This document shows, one piece after another, positions 47,625-56,428 of a DNA stretch of 64,000 nt. The stretch lies in assembly GCA_035292445.1 (NCBI GenBank), contig DATDQB010000010.1:67563-131562 (forward strand), written 5' to 3'. The DNA is from Candidatus Omnitrophota bacterium. GTDB lineage: Bacteria > Omnitrophota > Gorgyraeia > Zapsychrales > Zapsychraceae. Under the pieces are notes generated by a model, which saw nothing but the letters and a program-made list of their open reading frames with translations, was not told the DNA's origin and ran no database searches. Positions within the stretch are counted from its first letter, which is position 1, and each line of letters opens with the position of its first letter. The translations under genes were made by a program, and so were the position numbers.

Positions 47625-48445
47625 TTCTTTTTGACCACTTCGTGAATGGATTTAAGAACACACAACAATTTCTCCAATTGGTGTAAGGCGATCATATTGG
47701 GCCCGTCCGATAAAGCTTTTTTCGGATTGGCGTGCACTTCCAGGAATAATCCATCAGCCCCGGAGGCGATCGCGCAGCGCGACAATAGAGGAATAAATTC
47801 GCTTTGGCCGCCGGAGGCCGTTCCCAAGCCGCCCGGCTGCTGCACGCTGTGGGTGGCGTCAAAAACGACTGGATAACCGGTCTGTTGCATGATGGGGATG
47901 GAGCGGAAATCGCTGACAAGGTTGTTGTAGCCGAAGGTTGTCCCGCGCTCGGTCAAAATAATTTTCTTATTGCCGGTATATTCAATTTTTTGGATGACCT
48001 GCGGCATATCCGAAGGTGCCATGAACTGACCCTTTTTGATGTTAACCGCCTTTTTTGTCTGGCCGGCGGCCGTCAATAGATCCGTCTGCCGGCACAGGAA
48101 AGCAGGGATCTGGATCACATCCAATACATCCGCCGCCTGCGCCACTTCTTCCACCGAATGAACGTCGCTTAAAACAGGAACGCTGACCTTGCGCTTGATC
48201 TCATCCAGGATCTCAAGGCCCTTATCCAACCCCAGCCCGCGAAAAGATTTGATGGAGGTACGGTTGGCCTTATCATAGCTCGCCTTAAAAATATAAGGGA
48301 TTTGTAACCGCTGCGCGATCGCCTTTATGGATTTGGCCAGATGAAGTGCCATGGCCCTATCCTCAATGACACATGGCCCGGCGATAAGAACGAAAGAGCG
48401 CCGGTCGCCAATCTTGATATTTCCTATTTGAACTGTTTTCTTCAT
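47621..48445 (-). CDS. kdsA: 2-dehydro-3-deoxyphosphooctonate aldolase (KDO8P synthase)
   Basis: 274 aa. DAHP-synthase-like TIM barrel. FLIAGPCVIE-type N-terminus (LIAGPCVIED). Confidence 0.95.
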   Translation of the reverse strand: MKKTVQIGNIKIGDRRSFVLIAGPCVIEDRAMALHLAKSIKAIAQRLQIPYIFKASYDKANRTSIKSFRGLGLDKGLEILDEIKRKVSVPVLSDVHSVEEVAQAADVLDVIQIPAFLCRQTDLLTAAGQTKKAVNIKKGQFMAPSDMPQVIQKIEYTGNKKIILTERGTTFGYNNLVSDFRSIPIMQQTGYPVVFDATHSVQQPGGLGTASGGQSEFIPLLSRCAIASGADGLFLEVHANPKKALSDGPNMIALHQLEKLLCVLKSIHEVVKKK

Positions 48446-49155
48446 TTTTGTGCCAGGATGGCTTTGACCTTTTCCAGATCATCAGCCGTATCCACTCCGA
48501 TCGTTTCAATTTTTGTCTTGACCGTTTTGATCTTATAACCGCCGTCCAAGGCCCTCAACTGTTCCAATTTTTCTTTCTCTTCATTTTTTGACCGTGGCAT
48601 CTGGCTGAACTTCAAAAGAAAATTTTTCCGGTAGGCGTAAATGCCCAGATGTTTATAAACTTCCTTGCCCTTATCTTTCGGTGCCTGGCGCGAGAAAGAA
48701 ACGGCGTAATTGTCCGGGCCGACGACCACCTTCACGACATTCGGGTTACTCAGATCAGCTTTTGATACGATCGGCTTGACCACCGTGGCCATCTGGCAAT
48801 CCGCGTCATTATTGAGCGCATCGACCAGATCATCGATGATCTTCGCCGCGATCAAAGGCTCGTCGCCCTGGATATTAACGACAATGTCAAATTCCAGCGG
48901 CTTGACCGCCTCGGCAATACGATCGGAGCCTGATTGATGGTCTTTGGACGTGAGGACCGCCTTGGCGCCGAATGTCTTGGCAGCCTTTAGGATCCTCTCG
49001 TCATCGCAAGCTATCAAAAGATCGTTCAAGCGCCGGCTTCCTTTGGCGCGTTCCCATACATGCTGAATCATCGGCTTTCCCGCGATGTTGGCCAAGATCT
49101 TTCCCTGCAACCGCGTGGAACCCCAGCGCGCCGGTATAATGCCGATAGCCTTCAT
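48442..49155 (-). CDS. kdsB: 3-deoxy-manno-octulosonate cytidylyltransferase (CMP-Kdo synthetase)
   Basis: 237 aa. IIPARWGSTRLQGK N-terminal motif. Confidence 0.95.
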   Translation of the reverse strand: MKAIGIIPARWGSTRLQGKILANIAGKPMIQHVWERAKGSRRLNDLLIACDDERILKAAKTFGAKAVLTSKDHQSGSDRIAEAVKPLEFDIVVNIQGDEPLIAAKIIDDLVDALNNDADCQMATVVKPIVSKADLSNPNVVKVVVGPDNYAVSFSRQAPKDKGKEVYKHLGIYAYRKNFLLKFSQMPRSKNEEKEKLEQLRALDGGYKIKTVKTKIETIGVDTADDLEKVKAILAQK

Positions 49156-49158
49156 GGA

Positions 49159-50175
49159 TTAACCGGCCTCCAGCAGTTCCTGCTTGGTGACGGCCACCGC
49201 CCCCAACTTTCCGACAACGATGCCGGCGGCGATATTAGCGAGCTCAGCCGCCTTGCGCTTGGTCGCCCCACAACTTAAAACGAGCGTGAAGACCGAAACG
49301 ACCGTATCACCGGCACCGGAAACATCAAACACTTCCCTCGCCTTTGTCTTGATCGAAACCGGTTTTTTATCTTTCTCGAAAAGCCGCATGCCCCGCTCAC
49401 CCATCGTGATCAACAGCGATTCCAGGTCCAAATAAGCCAAAAGCTCTTTCCCGGCCAAATTGATATCCTCGTCTGTTTCAAGCGTATCTTTACGGATCTT
49501 CAACCGTTGGCCGCGCCCATCGGTGATCTTGATATTACGAATGGCGTTTTCCGTTTCCCTCAAATTCGGCGTGATGGTGGTGACCTTTTGATAATAACTG
49601 AAATGTTCCACTTTCGGGTCAACAACGATCACTTTCTTTTTCTCAAAGGCCAATGACTTGACAAAATTCAACAGCTCAGGGGTGATCAATCCCTTGCCGT
49701 AATCGGAAATGATGACCGCATCCACCTCATGAAGATGCTGCTCAATAAAATGAAAGATCTTTTTTCTGACAGTTTCCTCGGCCAGGGCTTTGACTTTTTC
49801 CCTGTCGATGCGTACCATCTGCTGGTGCTGGGCGATCACCCGCGTTTTGGTGATGGTGGGAACCGTCTTATCGATACAAATACCAGATGTATTGATCCCC
49901 TTTTTCTTAAGGGTACGTATCAAGATCTGGCCTTCAAAATCGTTGCCTATACGCCCGACTTGGGTGACTTTAGCCCCCAAAGCACTTAAATTATGGGCCA
50001 CGTTGGCGGCCCCGCCAGGAGTGTAAAAGAAGCTTTCCTCCAGCACAATCGGCACGGGGGCTTCGGGAGATATGCGCGTTACCTTTCCCTGAATATAGCG
50101 GTCAAGGATGACATCACCTATCACCATGATATGTTTTCGCCCGAACTTGGCAATGATATTTCGAAAGCGACTCAT
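49159..50175 (-). CDS. hldE: D-glycero-beta-D-manno-heptose-7-phosphate kinase (HldE domain I / RfaE kinase, PfkB family)
   Basis: 338 aa. Ribokinase-like fold with GAGD and DTxGAGD motifs. No adenylyltransferase domain II is fused. Confidence 0.85.
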   Translation of the reverse strand: MSRFRNIIAKFGRKHIMVIGDVILDRYIQGKVTRISPEAPVPIVLEESFFYTPGGAANVAHNLSALGAKVTQVGRIGNDFEGQILIRTLKKKGINTSGICIDKTVPTITKTRVIAQHQQMVRIDREKVKALAEETVRKKIFHFIEQHLHEVDAVIISDYGKGLITPELLNFVKSLAFEKKKVIVVDPKVEHFSYYQKVTTITPNLRETENAIRNIKITDGRGQRLKIRKDTLETDEDINLAGKELLAYLDLESLLITMGERGMRLFEKDKKPVSIKTKAREVFDVSGAGDTVVSVFTLVLSCGATKRKAAELANIAAGIVVGKLGAVAVTKQELLEAG

Positions 50176-50233
50176 TTTAATATTAATAAATATATAACTT
50201 TAGTATTATTTAGGGTTTAAGAAACGAACGATT

Positions 50234-51274
50234 CTAACACAGTTTAAAAACGGCGTCAACAGCTTCTAAAACCGCATCCGGCTTGAGGTTATGGAGGTAT
50301 TCTGCGGTGGCTATGCCGGCCTTTTTGAAGGAAGGCGCTGTATCTTGGGGGACGCTAACCACTTGCGAGCGTGGCTCAAGCGGCCGCCAGCGCTCGGGGT
50401 TGATCCCAGGCTGGTTACGCGTAAAAATGGAAACAACCGGGGTGCCGAGTCCTGCCGCCAGATGAACAGGCCCGGAATCGTTGGAGATGAGCAGCCGGCA
50501 GCTCCTTAAAAAACTGGCCAGCTGACTTAAGCTCGTCATGCCGGAAAGGTCTAAAACGGAAATGGGGACCAATTTAAGGACCTTATGGCACAGGGCTTTG
50601 ACCTCATCCGTCCCAACCAGAACGACCCGGCAAGGATATTTCTTGAGCACGGCGTTGATGACCTCGGCAAAATATTCGACCGGCCATTCTTTGGAAGGAT
50701 CACTCGCCCCTAAATGGACGGCTATAAGACAATCGTCTTCTTTAATTCCCTGGTATTTGAATAACTGCCCTAACCATTGTTCGGCCTCTTCCTGGATGCA
50801 CACATGCAGCTTCTTGTCTTGCGCATGAACGCCTACATGGCTTAACAATTCCAAACAATATTCGGCTTCATGCTTTTTTCCCAAATAGCGTTCATCCAAG
50901 ACCGGCTGCGTTAACAGGAATCCGAATTTATTATTTTTATACCCGATGCGCTCCGGGATATCGGCCCAAAAGCACAAAAGGTTCGTCCTCCGCTTGGTAT
51001 GATAGATGATTGCCAAATCGAATCTTTTTCGGCGAATTTCTTTGACCAGCCGCCAGAAGCCAAAAACGCCTTTATGTGTTTTTTTCCTATCATCTATCAA
51101 CACTTCATTCACGTAAGGATTCTTATTGACCAATAAAAATGTCTGCGGGCTGACCAATAGCGTTATCCTGGAGGTGGGAAACGCGTGACGCAAGGCTTGA
51201 AGCGCCGGCGTTGTCAAGATCACATCGCCGATGCGGTCGGTGCGGACAACGAGGATGTTCTGATAAATTTTCAT
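50234..51274 (-). CDS. ADP-heptose--LPS heptosyltransferase (GT9)
   Basis: 346 aa. GT9 pattern (RIGDVILTTP, DSGPVHLAAALGTP). Confidence 0.8.
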   Translation of the reverse strand: MKIYQNILVVRTDRIGDVILTTPALQALRHAFPTSRITLLVSPQTFLLVNKNPYVNEVLIDDRKKTHKGVFGFWRLVKEIRRKRFDLAIIYHTKRRTNLLCFWADIPERIGYKNNKFGFLLTQPVLDERYLGKKHEAEYCLELLSHVGVHAQDKKLHVCIQEEAEQWLGQLFKYQGIKEDDCLIAVHLGASDPSKEWPVEYFAEVINAVLKKYPCRVVLVGTDEVKALCHKVLKLVPISVLDLSGMTSLSQLASFLRSCRLLISNDSGPVHLAAGLGTPVVSIFTRNQPGINPERWRPLEPRSQVVSVPQDTAPSFKKAGIATAEYLHNLKPDAVLEAVDAVFKLC

Positions 51275-52251
51275 CGTCTGAAGAAAAACCGTTTGCCGTC
51301 AAATTGAACACACTGGAACACCGAGGCGGCGCTGACGGATTCGATCGAGCGCTCCTCCTCTTTCTGCTGTGAGCTCGATTGAAGAAAATGGGACACCTCA
51401 CTCCACGGGCCGTATCTCACCGGATCCGAAGCCTTGCCGAAGATCGCCAAAACAGGTATGTTTAAATAGCTCGCCAAGTGCATCGGCGCGCTGTCATTGG
51501 AAACCACTAAACTGGCCCCGTTCATTAACTGGGCCAACTGAATGAGCGTGGTTCTGCCGGCAAGATTAACGGCCGGCGAAGACATGCTCTTATGAATCTG
51601 TTCACTGACAGCATAATCTTTCTCGTCCCCCACCAGCGCGATCTTGACCTTATAGGACTTCGCCAGCCGCTCGGCCAACTGGATAAACCCTTGCGCATGC
51701 CAGCGTTTGCTCGGATGCGCGGCCCCGGGCGCTATCACGACATATGGTTGATGCTCGCCGATTTCATTGGCGATCAAGTTCTTGATGTATGCCCGGTCCT
51801 CTTCCCTGATAAAAAGAGCATGCCGCTCCTTTGACAAAGATATGAACGGATAAACGGTTTTGAGGCGATTAAGATGTTTGTCCCGCATATGAAGGTCCCA
51901 TTTCTTTATGTGCTCGGCGGGGGTCCGATAACGGGGGAAAATCAAATAAGGTATGGCGGAATTCCTTAGATCAATGACCAGATCAAAACGCTCGCGAAGC
52001 AACTCCATCATCCAATACATCGTTTGAAAAGGCGGCTGATGTTTGTCGTAGATATAAATCTTCTTCAGGCGAGGATGCCCCTGAAAAAGCGATGCGGCCT
52101 TCGGGCCGATGACCAGCGAATGCTGCGCATGGGGAAAATCGCAAAGCAAAATATCGATAACGGGCAGCGTCAAGATCACGTCACCGATATTGGTCAGTGA
52201 CACGACCAGTATTTTCTTAATTTGCGATGGATTCAAGGGCACGGATGACAT
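51271..52251 (-). CDS. ADP-heptose--LPS heptosyltransferase (GT9)
   Basis: 326 aa. GT9 pattern (NIGDVILTLP, NDSAPMHLASYLN). Confidence 0.8.
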   Translation of the reverse strand: MSSVPLNPSQIKKILVVSLTNIGDVILTLPVIDILLCDFPHAQHSLVIGPKAASLFQGHPRLKKIYIYDKHQPPFQTMYWMMELLRERFDLVIDLRNSAIPYLIFPRYRTPAEHIKKWDLHMRDKHLNRLKTVYPFISLSKERHALFIREEDRAYIKNLIANEIGEHQPYVVIAPGAAHPSKRWHAQGFIQLAERLAKSYKVKIALVGDEKDYAVSEQIHKSMSSPAVNLAGRTTLIQLAQLMNGASLVVSNDSAPMHLASYLNIPVLAIFGKASDPVRYGPWSEVSHFLQSSSQQKEEERSIESVSAASVFQCVQFDGKRFFFRR

Positions 52252-53233
52252 CCTCTACTTTCAAAACCTGCATGCATAGGTTGCTTGGACATTCCAAAAA
52301 ATAACAGGCCTGAAGGTTGCAGCCGATGGGTTTCTCCAATATCTTTGTTTTGGCCAAACCCCGCGGCCCCGTGACCTGGGGGCGGGTGGGCCCAAAAAGG
52401 CCGACCGTTTTGGCGCCGACACTGCTGGCGATATGAAGCGGCCCCGAATCAGCCGAGACCACAGCTTGCGCCTTCCTCATAATAGCCATCAGCTGTTTAA
52501 GGTTCGTTTGCCCGATGAGATCGACCAAATGATCATGCGTAACCGCCATCCCGATCTCATTGGCCAAGACGTCATCATCCGGCGCCCCGGTCAGAACGAT
52601 CTTTGTTGGCCAGCGCTCCAACATGCGCTCGATTAATTGGATATAACTTTTAACCGGCCAGCGTTTTAAATGCCAATTGCCGCCGGGATTGACAACAAAG
52701 AACGGCTCATTCGTTTTGATGCCGTGCTCTTGAAGAAGGCCTTGGGCTTCTTTTTCCGCCTGCTCGCTCACCCGCAGATACGTTTGCCTTTTGCTGACCT
52801 TGATGCCGAAGGATTCAACCACGTTTAAATAATAGTCCGAGCGATGGGCTTCTTCCGATAGCGGCGGGATAACGTGCGTCAGAAATGCCCGGTCCCCTTT
52901 CTTCCCGTAACCGATCCGCTGAGGGATTTGCGCCGCCCATAACATCATGGCGCGCGAACGGGACGGACGAAGCAGAAAGGCCGCGTCAAAATTATTTTGT
53001 TTTAGCTGCCGGCTCAATTTCCATTTGGCCAGAAGCGAGCGGTGCGCCCCGCGCTCGTCATAACAGATTATTTCATCAACCTCAGGGACGCATTCCAATA
53101 TCTCACGGACACGGGGGACCGCCAAGCAGGAAATATGAGCATCAGGGTAATGTTCTTTGAGCGCCCTGAAAATGGGCGTTGAAAAAATCACATCCCCTAA
53201 CCAATTGACATTAACGACAAGGATATTTTTCAT
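52217..53233 (-). CDS. ADP-heptose--LPS heptosyltransferase (GT9)
   Basis: 338 aa. GT9 pattern (WLGDVIFSTP, ADSGPLHIASSVG). Confidence 0.8.
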   Translation of the reverse strand: MKNILVVNVNWLGDVIFSTPIFRALKEHYPDAHISCLAVPRVREILECVPEVDEIICYDERGAHRSLLAKWKLSRQLKQNNFDAAFLLRPSRSRAMMLWAAQIPQRIGYGKKGDRAFLTHVIPPLSEEAHRSDYYLNVVESFGIKVSKRQTYLRVSEQAEKEAQGLLQEHGIKTNEPFFVVNPGGNWHLKRWPVKSYIQLIERMLERWPTKIVLTGAPDDDVLANEIGMAVTHDHLVDLIGQTNLKQLMAIMRKAQAVVSADSGPLHIASSVGAKTVGLFGPTRPQVTGPRGLAKTKILEKPIGCNLQACYFLECPSNLCMQVLKVEDVIRALESIAN

Positions 53234-53238
53234 CGCTG

Positions 53239-54333
53239 TTACCTGTTGATGGCATTACGATAAACTTCAAGCGTGCGATCAACCATGCGCTGTGACGAAT
53301 AATGCTTTAACGCATATTCGCGGGCGGAAAGCCCCATGGAATTCCGCCGGGCATCATCTTTTAACAAAGTAACGACTCGATCAGCCAGCATGGCGACATT
53401 TTCAGCTTCGACCAACACGCCGGTCTTCCCATCTTCGATCAAACTAGGGATCCCACCAACACGCGAAGCCACGACCGCCACGGCGCAAGCCTGCGCCTCC
53501 ATGACCGATAATCCCAGCCCTTCCTGGCGCGACGGGACCACCACAACATTCATGACCGACAATGATTGGGCCGTTTGATCGATGATCGGATAAAACTCGA
53601 TCCTTTTCCTTAAATTTAACTGTTGGACCAACGCAATTAATTCATTCCTTGTTTTTCCTTCGCCGAACAAAAGCAGTTTGGCGTTGGGAACCTGTTCAAG
53701 GATCTGCGGCATCGCCCGGATCAAAATATCCTGTCCCTTTATCGGCGATAACCGGGCGATCATGCCGATCACGGGCTCATCCTTGAGCATGTATTGTTTG
53801 CGCAGGCGCACCTTTTCTTCCAGGCTGATCGGCGAAAAATCTTCCAGATCAATGCCATGCGTCACTAAATGGATTTTTTCTTTGGGAAGATGAAAATCCT
53901 TGTGAAGGTGTTCCGCAACCGCCGGTGATATCGCGATGCACTCCCCCCAGCACGGCCACCAACGCCGAGATAACCGCGGCTTGAAATAGCCATGGCACGT
54001 CGATACGTAAGGAACACGCTTGAATTTATGAAGCAAACTTCCCATCACCTGGGTGATGCGGGTCTGGGCATGAACGATCTCGATATTTTCTTTTTCGATA
54101 TATTTAGCCAGCGGCCTTAACGCCAGATAAATTTTGGGGTCTAATTCCGATTTCGTGCGGATACTTAAAAGTAAATGTTTCGCCCCCAACGCTTCAAATT
54201 GGGGGATCATATCTCCCCCACCTGAGGCCAAATGCACCTCGTGGCCCAAGCGGCGCAGCCCCTTGGCCAGCGTCAAAAGATAGCGCGTGATGCCTCCCAT
54301 GTTCAAATGCGTTGTTAAGAACAATATCTTCAC
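53239..54333 (-). CDS. glycosyltransferase family 4 (LPS core)
   Basis: 364 aa. GT4 N-terminus (NMGGITRY) and the E-x7-E motif region. Confidence 0.82.
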   Translation of the reverse strand: MKILFLTTHLNMGGITRYLLTLAKGLRRLGHEVHLASGGGDMIPQFEALGAKHLLLSIRTKSELDPKIYLALRPLAKYIEKENIEIVHAQTRITQVMGSLLHKFKRVPYVSTCHGYFKPRLSRRWWPCWGECIAISPAVAEHLHKDFHLPKEKIHLVTHGIDLEDFSPISLEEKVRLRKQYMLKDEPVIGMIARLSPIKGQDILIRAMPQILEQVPNAKLLLFGEGKTRNELIALVQQLNLRKRIEFYPIIDQTAQSLSVMNVVVVPSRQEGLGLSVMEAQACAVAVVASRVGGIPSLIEDGKTGVLVEAENVAMLADRVVTLLKDDARRNSMGLSAREYALKHYSSQRMVDRTLEVYRNAINR

Positions 54334-56423
54334 ACCTTAACTCCCATCAATTCATTGATATTTCTTAACACTTCCTCAGGGCTGATGTCTTTCATGCACG
54401 CATGCGTGAGGATGCGGCAGCGCGGGCTGTAACACGGCGCGCAGGCCAATTTCTTATCAAGGATGACCATGGTCTTGGCCGGTGGGACGTGGCGCGTGGC
54501 ATCCGTCGGCCCAAAAAAAGTAATAATAGGCGTATTGACGGCCGCGGCCACATGAAGCGGCGCCGAATCCGGCGTCAGGTAAACCTTACAGCGCTTCATT
54601 AAGGCCGCCAATTGCAGAATATCCGTTTTACCCACCAAATTGGCCGGCTTGGCCTTGGTCATCGACAATAGTTGCAGGACTTTAGGCTGGTCTTTCTGCA
54701 TCCCCGTCACAACGACCCGTATGTTCTGGGCGGCCAGCAGATCACACAGCCGGGCGATATACTCAATCGGCCAATTTTTCGTCGACCAATTCTCCGAAGC
54801 GGCGATATTAATGCCGATGATATTTTGCGCACTCCCCAACCATTCGGCCTCCAATAATTGCTGGATATACTGATCGTCTCTCTTCGACGGCCACAATTCC
54901 AAGGACATTTCTTTGGGCATTTCGATACCTAACATCTGAAGGAGCTGGAACTGGTGCGGCACCGCCGGAACATCGTCCCTCCAGCTCTTTAAAGGATTTG
55001 ATAGAAGGAATCCCCACCTGCGGTTATAACCGTAGCTTTCCCGCGGCATGCACAAAAAAGCCAACGCATGGCTTTTTCTGCTGTTTTGAAAATCGACCAC
55101 CTTATCAAAACGGTATTTTCTTAAATTCGCCCCCATCCTCACAACACCCCACCAACCTTTGTCTTTATGGTCATATATAACAAGCTCGTTGATATAAGGA
55201 CAACTTTGAAGGACCTTGCGGGATTCCTTGCCAACGAGGCAATAAATATTGGCCTTGGGGAATTTGTTCCTAATGGCCTTCAACGAGGCCGTCACCAGGA
55301 CCACATCACCGATAGAGCTGATCTTAATGACCAAGAGGTTCATCGACCTTAACAATTCTTCATAAACAGCGATGGTCCTTGAGGCCATCTTATCCAAGGT
55401 GAATTCATCCTGCAATTTCTTCTTGGCCGCTTCGATGAGCCGTTGGGCCAACGATTTATCTTCCCAAAGGCGCATCACCGCCTCCGCCATGGAATCGGGG
55501 TCTTTGGGAGTGACCAATAACCCGGTTCTTTCATGGTCGATAATATCAATGACCCCTCCCACTTGGGTCGCCACGACCGGCACCCCGACTGCCTGCGCCT
55601 CCAAAATGACGCGGCCGAAGGATTCCGGGGTGACCGTTGATAAAACCAACACGTCCGCCTGCGCTAAAAGCTCAGGCACGTCGCTGCGGTTTCCTAAAAA
55701 ACTGACTTGGGTACTTAAGCCCAATCGCTTCGCCAAATCTTCCAGCTCTCGTTTATAAGCTTCTTTTTGGACAGGCGCATCACCGATGATCCAAACCTTT
55801 GCATAGGGATACTTTCGTACGACCTTGGCCATGGCCTGCAAAAAATACGTATGCCCTTTCAGCGGCGTAATGCGCCCTACCATGGCGATGATAGGGCCAT
55901 TGCCCTTGTGCTTCTCTTTCTTGACGGCAGCAAATCGGTCCAAGTCAACGCTGCGCGGGATGCGACGGATACTTTCCGCCGGCACCTTAAAATGATCGAT
56001 CATATGCCGGCCGATGGCTTCGCTGGGAACGATCACCCGCTTGGCCCATCCCATGACTTGGCTGAAAAACTTATTCTTGTAATAACCGTGACAGGTCGTG
56101 ATAAATGAGGCGTCGGTACCCCGGCAAGCGAAAAAGGCGATCCAGGCCGGGACCCGTGAGCGCGCGTGGACGATATCGATCTTATGGTCGATAATGATCC
56201 GACGGACCTCTTTGATCATTCTAAGTACGGTCCATAAGGATTTTTTATGGACGGGTAACGTGAGGTGCTTGCTGCCGCCTTTTTCCAGATTTTCGACCAA
56301 CCGGCCGCCGTTAGAAACGACGAAAGACGCATGGCCGCCCTTAACCAAGCATTTCGACAAATCGAGCGTGCCGGTCTCAACACCGCCGACGTTAAGTTCT
56401 GGAAGGATCTGCAGGATTCTCAT
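54330..56423 (-). CDS. bifunctional glycosyltransferase: N-terminal GT4 + C-terminal GT9 heptosyltransferase fusion
   Basis: 697 aa. Residues ~1-370 are GT4 (NVGGVETG ... EAQAVGVPVVAT). Residues ~375-697 are GT9 (SIGDVVLVTA, DSAPLHVAAAVNTP). Confidence 0.8.
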   Translation of the reverse strand: MRILQILPELNVGGVETGTLDLSKCLVKGGHASFVVSNGGRLVENLEKGGSKHLTLPVHKKSLWTVLRMIKEVRRIIIDHKIDIVHARSRVPAWIAFFACRGTDASFITTCHGYYKNKFFSQVMGWAKRVIVPSEAIGRHMIDHFKVPAESIRRIPRSVDLDRFAAVKKEKHKGNGPIIAMVGRITPLKGHTYFLQAMAKVVRKYPYAKVWIIGDAPVQKEAYKRELEDLAKRLGLSTQVSFLGNRSDVPELLAQADVLVLSTVTPESFGRVILEAQAVGVPVVATQVGGVIDIIDHERTGLLVTPKDPDSMAEAVMRLWEDKSLAQRLIEAAKKKLQDEFTLDKMASRTIAVYEELLRSMNLLVIKISSIGDVVLVTASLKAIRNKFPKANIYCLVGKESRKVLQSCPYINELVIYDHKDKGWWGVVRMGANLRKYRFDKVVDFQNSRKSHALAFLCMPRESYGYNRRWGFLLSNPLKSWRDDVPAVPHQFQLLQMLGIEMPKEMSLELWPSKRDDQYIQQLLEAEWLGSAQNIIGINIAASENWSTKNWPIEYIARLCDLLAAQNIRVVVTGMQKDQPKVLQLLSMTKAKPANLVGKTDILQLAALMKRCKVYLTPDSAPLHVAAAVNTPIITFFGPTDATRHVPPAKTMVILDKKLACAPCYSPRCRILTHACMKDISPEEVLRNINELMGVKV

Positions 56424-56428
56424 AAGCT

